Assembly: GCF_006345805.1 (NCBI RefSeq)
Contig: NW_021832753.1
Location: 1-32,858 of the forward strand
Origin: Octopus sinensis
Lineage: Eukaryota
Length of the DNA stretch: 32,858 nt
Direction of reading: 5' to 3'
Shown here: positions 22,946 to 32,858 of the stretch, piece after piece
Layout of the letters: each line of letters starts with the position of its first letter
Numbering within the stretch: the first letter of the stretch is position 1
Position numbers and translations under genes: made by a program
Notes under the pieces: model-generated
The model's input: the letters and a program-made list of their open reading frames with translations, nothing else
What the model was told of the DNA's origin: nothing
The model's database searches: none

Positions 22946-24520
22946 AACAAAAAGCGTTAAAAAATCCCCCAAAAACAAAGGCAGAGTTTAGAGTGTTTGA
23001 AAATAAAGAATGGTGAAGATAAAGCAGATTCGAGTAGTCTGGCGATCAAAAGCCAAGACTACAAAAATCAAAGAGGTTCAGTTAATATTCAAGACAACCA
23101 ACAGCGACAACACTTGAACGACCTCATTATCAACAACTACACGATCCATAACATAACTAGATCCACAGCAAAAAAAAAACTACATGAACAACAACAACAA
23201 CAGCTGACTGCACATAAACAACACGCTGTCACCACCACCAACACCAAGAAGATTTCAACTACTACAAGTTAGCAGCAATAGCATGAAAAACAATGACAAC
23301 ACACGTGGTAGTCATCGGCCAGACCAGGATATCTGAAACACACCTGTTCGCTCTCATTCAGGACATTTACGCTCACAATATCTAAACGTCTCTCCATATT
23401 TAGTCTCATTGGTTGAGCTGTAGTACTAGATTAAGCGTAGACGGAGCTTGAGCATTCGGCATCCGGAATGTTATTAGGCGATCGTTTTGCTCTAGCAGCT
23501 GGAGCTAGTAGAGTGAAGAAAAGTCAGTGGAACGATTTTGAATATTCACTCAAAGGCTTTTAGGTCAGGAATTAAGGATAATTTCAAAAAATTCTTTAGT
23601 AGGTACTACTTCGTAGGAGCCATTGCCTACTCGAGACAAAATCTCTAAATACGGATGAGGTAAACATCGTGGTGCGCACAAGACAACTAAATACTCTGAA
23701 GACATTTGTATCGAGCATCTGATATCACATATAATCCTCAAAGTTAATCTTGTTTTATATTATTTTTTAGCAAGGAAGTGCAGTTAGTTACTTTCTCTTT
23801 CTGGTTGTCATGGCAAAGGAAGTTTGTTGGTGGTGGAGGTGCTTTCAGTTTTTGAGGACAGGGCTTTTCCTGTTAGATCAACTCAGCAACTTCATTAAGC
23901 ACCACTTCATAAGGATGATGAGGGTGACAAGTGAGTTGCTGCCATCCGTCGTTGTGTTTTTCGATACGTAGGCGAGAGTGGCGAGACTGACGATAGTGAA
24001 TTGGTCGATTCTGAATATTCTTGGCTCCTAGAAAGAAGAGACAAGAAACTAGGAGTGCTGCGGACTTTTGAAACTTTTGATACGTCATAGTAACCTAGGG
24101 CAGTGGTGGTGGGGTTTCTCCGAATTACGCTAAATGATTTTTCCACTCTTCGCATATTGTAATCTTTTCATATCATATTGTTATTTAGTGTCTTTGTTGT
24201 GTCGGCCATTTTGACGCTGTATAAAAGCTCATTGTTTTATCAATGATACTTGTGCTATCCTTGGCGTTTAAGCTTTTGTATCGAATAAAATTATTTCCCT
24301 TGTTAAAATTTTATTACCACACTTTTTTTTTGTTAAACCTGTTTACTCACAAAATCCTCACACCAACACGCAATCACACACATACACACACACTCAATGT
24401 TTTGTCCCGAGCCATCTTTAATGGGGTTTTTTTTTGTGAAAACCATTTGTAGTGAATAAAAAAAATATTATTATTCTTATAAACTTTTGGCCTTGCGCCT
24501 AAATTGAAACTATTATAATA

Positions 24521-24578
<58 letters not shown>

Positions 24579-25118
24579 GTGAGTAACTGAGTGAGTAGCG
24601 GATGCCATCCAAGTGACAGAGGTAAAATATGCGCCATCAAGACTGTACATCTGAAAAGGGTGCACCAGGCACATGCATCACAACCATATGTGCATGACAT
24701 GGTGATTTCATATCAAAATAAACAGCGCATGACTTCGCAGGCGGGGGCCTAATTAGAATTTTCTTCAGGTTGAGTAGCCCAACGTGCTCAAATTGTCCCT
24801 GTATAAGGGTTGTTTTAGGATGATGAATGAATCACCCATGTTTCCAGGGGTGAATTGTTCAAACCCTGAATAATTCATCTCAATACATGGCTATGATGTT
24901 CTCCCACTATTTCTGCTCGTGATCAGAGATGCACATATCGTCAGCCACCAAGGGACATGCTCAACTAGTTATGGTCAAACAACTGACAACTAAATCTGTG
25001 GTATTGAGCAGAATATTTGCTGTAACCCATCTTTTATACCAAGACAAAACAATATACATGATAACACTTACAATCCGTTAAGATCAGAAGCCACGAGAGC
25101 GCTGCTTGGTACTGCGTC
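24579..25118 (-). mobile_element. ~540-bp non-coding element embedded in (TAA)n; probable 3' UTR fragment of a non-LTR retrotransposon
   Basis: High-complexity block bounded on both sides by pure (ATT)n tracts (24511-24578 and 25119-25153); on the minus strand it ends ...ACTCAC-(TAA)n; no TIRs. The strand assignment is an inference. Confidence 0.5.
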
Positions 25119-25173
<55 letters not shown>

Positions 25174-26514
25174 TGTTGAAGAATAAAGATATCGTCAATA
25201 GCCATGTATATTACTTTGAAAACAAACATCACTTATTCTTTTGGGATAGTAAGAAGCGGTGTTAGATACAAGCGAGGCAGCAGAGGGTATGCCGCCGAGA
25301 ATTTCCATTGAAAATATTTGAAATATAAGCAGCAGTTAAAAAAGACAAGGGATAAATAAAAGGAAATGAATACAGCTAAAAATAGTTCCTGTTAACATTT
25401 AGACTCTAAGAAATGCAAAAAATAATATTTCTAATGGCGTTAATAGCAATACGACAGTATTGATATTATCGTTAATCAGGCTGAATTATTTAAAATAAGA
25501 TGGCTCCTGGAAAAGAAAAGCACGTTGGAGTGGTAAGGTACGCAGAACAGTGCCTCCTTGCACGAGTACTACAACGAAGAGCTGTAAAGGGAGGTACTAA
25601 ATATGTGTATATGTGTGTGCGCGTGCGAACACACACACACACACAAATAAAATTGACAGAAGGAGACTTAACGTGGAAAGTTGCGACCCTTATTCACCGA
25701 GAAGAGCATTTGGAAAAGTGTGCCCGATCTTTCAGACTAAACAAGACATAACAGATAGAATTCGTGCGTTTTAAAATGGCACACAGGCAGGTTCCACACT
25801 ATATGAGGAGAATAAATAAAACGGTTACAGTCAAGAAAGGAACATTGGTTGTAGCATGATCTTTGGACCGTCCCAAATTCTGCAGCACAAAAAAATAAAA
25901 GTATTAGTTAAGGAGCTGCCCTTATAGACTTGCAAGTGCTAATAATCCTCTATGACCACCACGCTATAACGGAACTGTACTCAACTGTGGAACGAGAAAG
26001 GGATGAAAGGAAAGCTGTCAGGCTAATAAGAAGAAGAAACCCGATGTGACAGCAGGAACCAGAGGATTTTGAAAAGTGGAGAGAGTGGTGGACAGCAGCA
26101 GCAGTAGCCACAGAAGCATCAGTAGAAGTAGTACCATCAGAAGCAAAAGTAGCAGCAAACAAATGATTACAGCAACAGCGATGACAGCAAACAATATGCC
26201 CCAGAAAGGGATATTTGCAGAGTACTACTATACCGACGACAGAAAACAGATAAAGACCAAATTAACAATCTGGCAAGAAATATTAGAAGCGAACAACCAA
26301 GTGGAACTGGTTTACAGGCTCCTTAAAACCGTTTAGGATCCAATGCAAGAAGCGAAAGATGGCCAAATGTTTAAACAAGGCACTGAACCTAACTAGTTGG
26401 CGACTTCTCTTCAGTTTGTTGCCTGTATTCGTCTTTATTTATGAGTACCTAACCACACGTCGTGAAACCTTTGTTTCTTGCACACGTTGCGCCCTCTGGC
26501 TAATAAAGTGAAAC

Positions 26515-26578
<64 letters not shown>
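26515..26578. repeat. (ATT)n microsatellite
   Basis: Directly visible; immediately precedes a SINE head. Confidence 0.95.
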
Positions 26579-26579
<1 letters not shown>

Positions 26580-26790
26580 GGCGGAGAACTGGCAGAATCG
26601 TCAGCACGCCGGGCGAAATGCTTAGTGGCATTTCGTCCGTCCTTACGCTTTGAGTTCGAATTCCGCCGAGATCGACTCAGCCTTCCCTCCTTTCGGGGTC
26701 GATAAATTAAGCACCAGTTACGCACTGGGGTCGATGTAATCGACAATCCCCCTTCCCTCAAATTCCAGACCTTGTGCCTAGGTAAAATTG
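26580..26790 (+). mobile_element. Family A SINE, best-preserved copy
   Basis: A box TGGCAGAATCG (26590-26600), B box GAGTTCGAATTCC (26652-26664), acceptor-like pairing GGCGGA/TTCCGCC, body GGGGTCGATAAATTAAGCACCAG...GTCGATGTAATCGAC. Confidence 0.92.
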
Positions 26791-26799
26791 TTACCTCGT

Positions 26800-26995
26800 A
26801 AGACAACGTGTTTAGCGTCATGTCTTGTCTTCCGGCTTTTTATGTTCTGAGCTCAAATTTCGCCAAAGACAACTTTGCGTTTCATCCTTTCGCGTTCAAT
26901 GAAATAAAGTACCATGGAAGTACTGGGATCGGCGCAATTGTCTAGTCCTTACTCCTCAAATCGTTGACCTTGTGCCAAAGTTTGAAGCCATTATT
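26800..26995 (+). mobile_element. Family A SINE, 5'-eroded tandem copy with ATT tail
   Basis: GAGCTCAAATTTCGCC, TTTCATCCTTTCG, GACCTTGTGCCAAAGTTTGAAGCC-ATTATTA. Confidence 0.75.
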
Positions 26996-27009
26996 ATTTT
27001 GTGTTATTA

Positions 27010-27195
27010 TTGCACTGGATTAGAAGAATCGTGTAAGAAACGGGAGAATGTCTTGTGGTATTTATTTCGAGGTCAGCTTTGCCATTTCTTTTTTATGGGG
27101 TCGATAAAATAAAGGACTAGTCATGTGCTGGGGACATGGTAATCGATCAATCCCTCTCCACAAATTTTTGGCCTTGAGCCTATATTAGATCAAGG
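27010..27195 (+). mobile_element. Family A SINE, third tandem copy (internally deleted)
   Basis: AGAATCG, GAGGTCAGCTTTGCC, GGGGTCGATAAAATAAAG, GTAATCGA, GGCCTTGAGCC. Confidence 0.7.
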
Positions 27196-28377
27196 TGATA
27201 ATGATAATTAAAATGATGATGATGATAATGATGATGATGATGATGAAGGGGAGGAGGAGGATTAAACTGACGATAATGAGATGGATTAAAATGATGATGA
27301 TTATGATGATGATTAAAATGATGTTGATTATTTAAGTGATGAAGATAACGCAAAAACAAGATCGAGTTGTATTTTTTTAAAACTTGTGACGATGTTTTTG
27401 TTTATTTTATTCTCTCATTTCTATTTTCCAGCGTTCGCTCCTCTTTCCTTCCACCCCGCTCCTCGCTGCCTCGTTCCCCACCCCATACTTCATATTGTTT
27501 GTCATTTCACAAAGTTACATTTTTCGGTTTACTTCTGTTTCGTTTCTTCTTTTGATTCTCTTTTTTTTTTCCTTGCTCGCACTTTAACTCACCTATTATT
27601 GAATACACAGAATCCAAACTTCCTCTCTCCAATCTTCCACTCCTTCCTTCTCACTTCTTTTCTCCCCCCCCCCTCTCTATCTCTAACTTTTGGCCTCTCT
27701 CTTTCACTACCCGGTACATTCATTGTTCGCAATAGGTTAACAATCTGCTTCTTTCTTTCTGTTATTTTTTGTATTACCCATGTCACCATTTTTGTTTAAA
27801 TTAAATTTTTGCTCCGATTTATTTCGAGGAAAAATTTCCAAAAATTTATTTAATCTCTGTTATTTTTTATGTATATATATTTCATTAAAAAAGTAAATAA
27901 ATAAAAAGGGATTTAATTAGCTTTTAATTAAAAAGAAATTATTAATTTCATACCTTTCTAAGAAATTCTCCGCCTTAAACCATTAATTCTATCCCTTCCG
28001 TATCACCCCCCACACGCTTGTTTTCTTTAATACCCTGCTGAGATATTTGTAGTACACAACTTTGCCAATCAGTATGGTTCCAACCACTTTCAGACTCTAC
28101 TCACATTGCCATTATCGTTTTTAGAAAATGTTTTACAGAATTGAATGAAAATGTAGTCTAATTGGTAAAGCATTAGTTTCCAAAAATCAATGACATCCAT
28201 GTTCTCTACACATTTCTGTTTGTTTTTTTTTCTCGGGCATCTCATTTCAAACCGCGCAATAGCTGTTTCAAATCTCTTGCGTTATTGTTCTAAACCATTT
28301 TATTTCTTCTTCAAAAAAACACAGAAAGTTTATATAAATATATGAAACTCAATCTAAATGCAATAACATGACTTTGA

Positions 28378-28378
<1 letters not shown>

Positions 28379-28416
<38 letters not shown>

Positions 28417-28426
28417 CTCTCTCTCT
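28379..28426. repeat. (CT)n microsatellite
   Basis: Directly visible. Confidence 0.95.
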
Positions 28427-28654
28427 GAGTTAAAATTTTCCCCGAATAGCTAAAATAAGTACCAGTGGCATATTACGATAACTTCAATCAGTATTCCTCT
28501 ACCAAAAGTAATCGTAATTACTTTGTCGGAAGTTGAGTGTGTATATATATATATTTTTTTTTCTTACAGAATAATACTATCACTAACAATTGTTGTTGAT
28601 TTTTTTATCATCATCATCATCATCATCATCATCGTCGTCGTCATCATCTTCATT

Positions 28655-28800
28655 TTTTTTACGATATTCAGGTTAGCGTTCTTAACTTGGTTGTTATAGT
28701 GGCAGCTTTTAGGCCGTTGTGCCTTCTGGCCTTCTTCAGGTGTTAGTCGTTTTCAGTAATGTTATCGGAATTTCAAACGGAATTCTATATTCACTTGAAT
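28655..28800 (-). mobile_element. Penelope-like element terminal-repeat relic with a degenerate hammerhead core
   Basis: Minus strand: CTGAAGA (28739-28733), A, stem II GGCC/GGCC (28731-28728 with 28715-28712), then TAAA (28711-28708) where the hammerhead core has GAAA; followed by ...TATAACAAC. Minimal type I hammerheads are a known feature of Penelope pLTRs. Confidence 0.45.
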
Positions 28801-29250
28801 TCTGTTGTTCTAATTCCGTTGCCCATCATTATCCCCCCCACCACCACCACAAACGACATTGTGGTGTGTGATGGAAGTAGCCGTTGTCATTGCCATCGTT
28901 GTACCAATTCCTTTTGTCGCCAGGAATGAAATTAACTGGCATGAATGTAAGACAGCAAGGAGAGACAGTGAAGTGGAAGAAAGAGAATGTGAGAAAAGGG
29001 GTGGAAGAGAAAATGAGAGAGTGTAGGCTGAAAGAATTGATGGGCGAGCGATTTCGTAACTATTTCTAGCTGATAGCTGGACTACATAATCTCAGGGATT
29101 GAGTCATCTTATAAAGTGAGATTGCGGTTATTTTGATTTTGATTTTTATATTGCTTTAGTCGTTGTTTACCTTCAGGTCAACCGTTGATCCACGTATTCA
29201 GCTATAAATTACAATAATCTCTGATTCTTAGGAGTATGCTTGATACGTCT

Positions 29251-29282
29251 AACACACACACACACACACACACACACGCACG

Positions 29283-29332
<50 letters not shown>

Positions 29333-29350
29333 ACACACACACACATACAC
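29251..29350. repeat. (CA)n microsatellite
   Basis: Directly visible. Confidence 0.95.
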
Positions 29351-29525
29351 ATATGTCAAAGGTAAGCAAAGTTAGCGGTTGGAAAAACCGTTTAAGCGAT
29401 AAGAATATCCGTTCTTATTGCCGGTATCATTTACCTATGTTAACCCTGGGCATGGGTATGCAAGCAGACTTTGTTCATAGGGTACAGGTAATAACTGAAT
29501 AAACAAGAGTTTATCAGGAATCAAA

Positions 29526-29697
29526 TTTAAATAAGCAGAAAATGGAGAAAAGCTTTTGATCAAATAAACGATTGACCAACATCGGTTAATTATTTTTTTA
29601 TAGCAATTAAATACAGTTTTGTATTTAAAAATAATTAACCGATGTTGGTCAATCGTTTATTTGATCAAAAGCTTTCTCCATTTTCTGCTTATTTAAA
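29526..29697. mobile_element. Near-perfect 172-bp foldback (MITE-like)
   Basis: 29526-29597 is the reverse complement of 29627-29697 except for one A indel; 29-nt spacer. Confidence 0.9.
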
Positions 29698-30246
29698 ATT
29701 ATATATATATATTATATTATATATATATTATATATATATATATATATATAGTATATATATATATATATGTATATATATACAGATGTGTGTGTGTGTATTA
29801 GACGGTAGAGAGCGAACGGAGGGAATTAGGCTACTACTTTAGTAGGCCGAACGAGATAAATTAGCATGTCACGATGTGAAACAAAAGACTTAGCCTTTAA
29901 TACAATCTGTTGGCGTGGGAAAACTGAGCTGATTGAAAAGAAGAAAGATAAATTACAATATTTAATAAAGTTATCATGGCCTTAAACCTTTTGTTTACTA
30001 TCTTGACAAAGAGAAAAAATCTGATGCAAACTCTAATTTGTCAACCCCATTAGTAATAAGGGTGAAGAGCAAAAGAATCTTATTAATATTTTGAAGATAG
30101 GGGTTGGCATCTGTTAGTCAAAGAATTATTGGCTTAATATATTGAGATACGATTTAACTCTTCATTCTTTGACATAAGAACGGCAAAAGCACAAGCCACT
30201 AGGTTGTCTTAATTAGATATGAAATCTAATATTTAAAATGAGATAA

Positions 30247-30455
30247 AGCGGAGAGCTGGAAGAATCGTAAGCATGCCAAGCAAGATGCTTAGAGAGATTT
30301 CTTTCGTCTTTACGTTCTAAGTTTAAATTCTGCCGTGGCTTGATTTTGTCTTTCATTCTGTCAGGGTCGATAAATTAAGTACCAGATGTACACTAGGGTC
30401 AGGTAATCGACTGACTGCCTTCCTCGAAGTTGCTGGCCTGGGGCCAAAAATAAGA
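30247..30455 (+). mobile_element. Family A SINE, full length
   Basis: GCGGAGAGCTGGAAGAATCG, TTTACGTTCTAAGTTTAAATTCTGCC, GGGTCGATAAATTAAGTACCAG, GTAATCGACT, GCTGGCCTGGGGCCAAAA. Confidence 0.85.
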
Positions 30456-30514
30456 TAATTTTCTATCCTGTTATTGATGAGTTTCTCTCTGTTTATTATC
30501 TTAATTTAATGAAT

Positions 30515-30518
30515 TTTG

Positions 30519-30562
<44 letters not shown>

Positions 30563-30597
30563 CATTATTATTATTATCATTATTATTATTGTTATCA
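30515..30597. repeat. (ATT)n microsatellite
   Basis: Directly visible. Confidence 0.95.
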
Positions 30598-32114
30598 TTT
30601 TTGGGGCGAAGGCGGATTGTCAACCATTTTGTTTCGTTGGACCTATAACTATGCTGTTGAGGCAGTGTCTGATTGTTTTAAATTGAAGTTGAAATTTCCG
30701 TTTGTAGGACACAGACACACACAGAAACACACACGCTCGCGCACCCACAGATAGACAGTCATCCATACAAGTCATCATATTTAAAGACACCATCCTTTCC
30801 CCTCCACAAAAACCCCACCAACACCGTGGCCGCCACAAAAAAACAAAACAAAAAAAACCAAAAAGAAAACAAAAGAGGGATACTTGCCTATCCTTGTTAC
30901 GTTTCCAGTTCCTTTCCTCATCAAACTTTTTCATCTATTGTCAAAATTCTGCTAAATAATAAATACCACCAAGACAATATTTCGTCTATTGTTACGAAAT
31001 TCCCTAACTATAACAGTAATACTTGATGCTAATAAACATGATGATGACGAGGACAACGAAGAAGGCGAAGACGACGACGCCAATGATGATGATGATGATG
31101 ATGATAGAATTTGATCCCTTGGTCAGAAAGAGGGACAGGAACTTACATTTAGTCACGTATATCTAAACCAATGATATTAATGCATCTTGATTTTAATTTT
31201 AATTTCATTTTATTTTAATTTTTTTATTTTGTTTCAATTTTTTATTTTTTTATTCGACTCTGAAATTCAAAGATTGTAGGAGATAGATTCATATTATATA
31301 ACTAGATACAATTTGATACTGAAATATTTACGGCTCTAAAACCATCATCATCATCATCATCATCAACAACAACAACAACAGCAGCAGCAACAACATTGTC
31401 AGCACCACCACCACCATCACTACCACCACCACTGCCGTCCTCACAGACATCCCCACCAACCTCATCACCGCTGCTTTCACAATCATCGTCGCCATCAGTA
31501 CCTCTTGCTGCACCTTCCTCATCCTCCTCCCACTTTACATCATCACCGTCATTAACCGCCCCCCCCCCATATCACTCCGCACCACCACCGCCGCAACCGC
31601 CACCACCATCGCCGCCGTCTTCACCAGAAATATCTCACTAGCCAACAGCATGACCTCCGCTTTCTAATATCGTAATCACCATCAACAGAACCACCACCAA
31701 CAAACCACCGCTTCCACCACCTTATCATCACCACCACCACCAGCACTGATGTTGTTGTGGTGGTGGATGTCGTCATTGCAATCGTCGTTGTTCCTATTCT
31801 TCACATCGCTAGGAATGGAGTAAAGAGAGAAAGAAAGGAAGGAAGAAAGAAAGGAAGAAAGAATGAAAGAAAGGAAGAAGAGATGGAGAAAATCAAGAAA
31901 ATGAGTTGAGAAGAGGAGAAAGAGATATAGAGAGAGAAACAGAGAAGGGAAAAGAGAGAGATAATAATTATGATATATTTTTCTCTCAAGCGCTAAACTT
32001 ATTTTTCTTTCTATTGACAACAGACTGGGTCATTTGGATAGAAACAGGGTGTGTGATATGATCGCATCAACTGACCTCTCCCTTCATATTAATGGTGTTT
32101 ACTTTGTATCGAAA

Positions 32115-32260
32115 ACTTGGTGAAAGAATCGTTAGAACGTGGGATAGAATTTCTCATTGTATTTGTTCCTCTAATTTGAGTTCAAATTTAGCTAAAGTCA
32201 ACTTACCATTCTATCTATTTTGTGTTCGATAAATAACAGACCAGAAAAGTATTAAATTCC
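32115..32260 (+). mobile_element. Family A SINE, highly degenerate copy
   Basis: AGAATCGTTAG, TTGAGTTCAAATTTAGCTAAAGTCAACTT, TCGATAAATAA. Confidence 0.5.
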
Positions 32261-32266
32261 ATGCAC

Positions 32267-32267
<1 letters not shown>

Positions 32268-32312
<45 letters not shown>

Positions 32313-32677
32313 CGCCCGTCTCTCAGTCTATACATCTCTATCTATCTATCTATCTATCTATCTGTCCGTCCGTCCGTCTGTCTGTCTATCTATCTATCAG
32401 TGTGTGTGTCTGTCTATATATGTAATTATATATATGTGTGTGTGTGCGTGTGTTCGTGCGTGCGTGTGTGTGTATGTGTGTATGTAAATGCATATGCATG
32501 TCTATAAGCTTGTATGTATGTATGTAATGTATGTATGTAATGTATGTAATGTATGTATATGTAATGTATGTATGTATGTATGTATGTATGTATGTATGTA
32601 TGTATATATGTATATATGTATGTGTGTATGTATGTGTGTATGTATGTATGTATGTATGTATGTATGTATGTATGTAT
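32268..32677. repeat. Compound (TCTG)/(CTAT)/(GT)/(TATG)n microsatellite
   Basis: Directly visible. Confidence 0.9.
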
Positions 32678-32858
32678 GGCTTGGGTATGACATTAGACTG
32701 CATCAGTTGATGAGATTCTAGCTCGCGAGTTTTGGATGTGGACTCAAACCCCCAAAACCCTTACTTCGAGATCCTTTCAGCTCCGAAACCGTTGTACCCT
32801 GTTGGAGCCCCATCTTTGGGTTAACTAGAGAAGGTTCCTGTTATTTTCAAAGAGCCAT

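Noticed and set aside
28140-28330. Possible mariner transposase C-terminal relic (KQKCVEN on the minus strand)
   Set aside because: One short motif, no TIR, no further DD34D motifs.
29171-29201. 31-nt AG..GT-flanked segment on the minus strand
   Set aside because: Stops in all three frames; looks like a repeat fragment.
31328-31790. Pro/Ser-rich ORF 31396..31641 and neighbouring ORFs
   Set aside because: Decayed (CAC/CAT/CAA)n trinucleotide runs, non-ATG start, no splice support.

Overview
No recognisable protein-coding gene, rRNA, intact tRNA or CRISPR array is present. The window is AT-rich, repeat-saturated eukaryotic non-coding DNA (intron or intergenic). Most ORFs in the supplied track are translated microsatellites or SINE sequence. 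The tRNA-derived SINE families and the microsatellite load resemble an octopod cephalopod genome (inference from recalled octopus SINEs, not a search). Supported content: (i) about 19 copies or fragments of one ~200-nt tRNA-headed SINE (family A), often in head-to-tail arrays at (ATT)n; (ii) a second SINE (family B) with an internal microsatellite, and a third modular SINE; (iii) a 400-bp hAT-type MITE with an 8-bp TSD; (iv) a ~690-bp non-autonomous Helitron-like element; (v) two long foldback elements; (vi) a ~540-bp element embedded in (TAA)n; (vii) a degenerate Penelope-type hammerhead core; (viii) a probable decayed LINE reverse-transcriptase relic split by an ~800-bp (CATA)n array. I found no convincing novel multi-gene system. 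The most interesting signals are RNA-structural (foldbacks, inverted SINE pairs, hammerhead relic) and the microsatellite-targeting behaviour of the retroelements. Boundaries of degenerate copies are approximate (about +/-20 nt).
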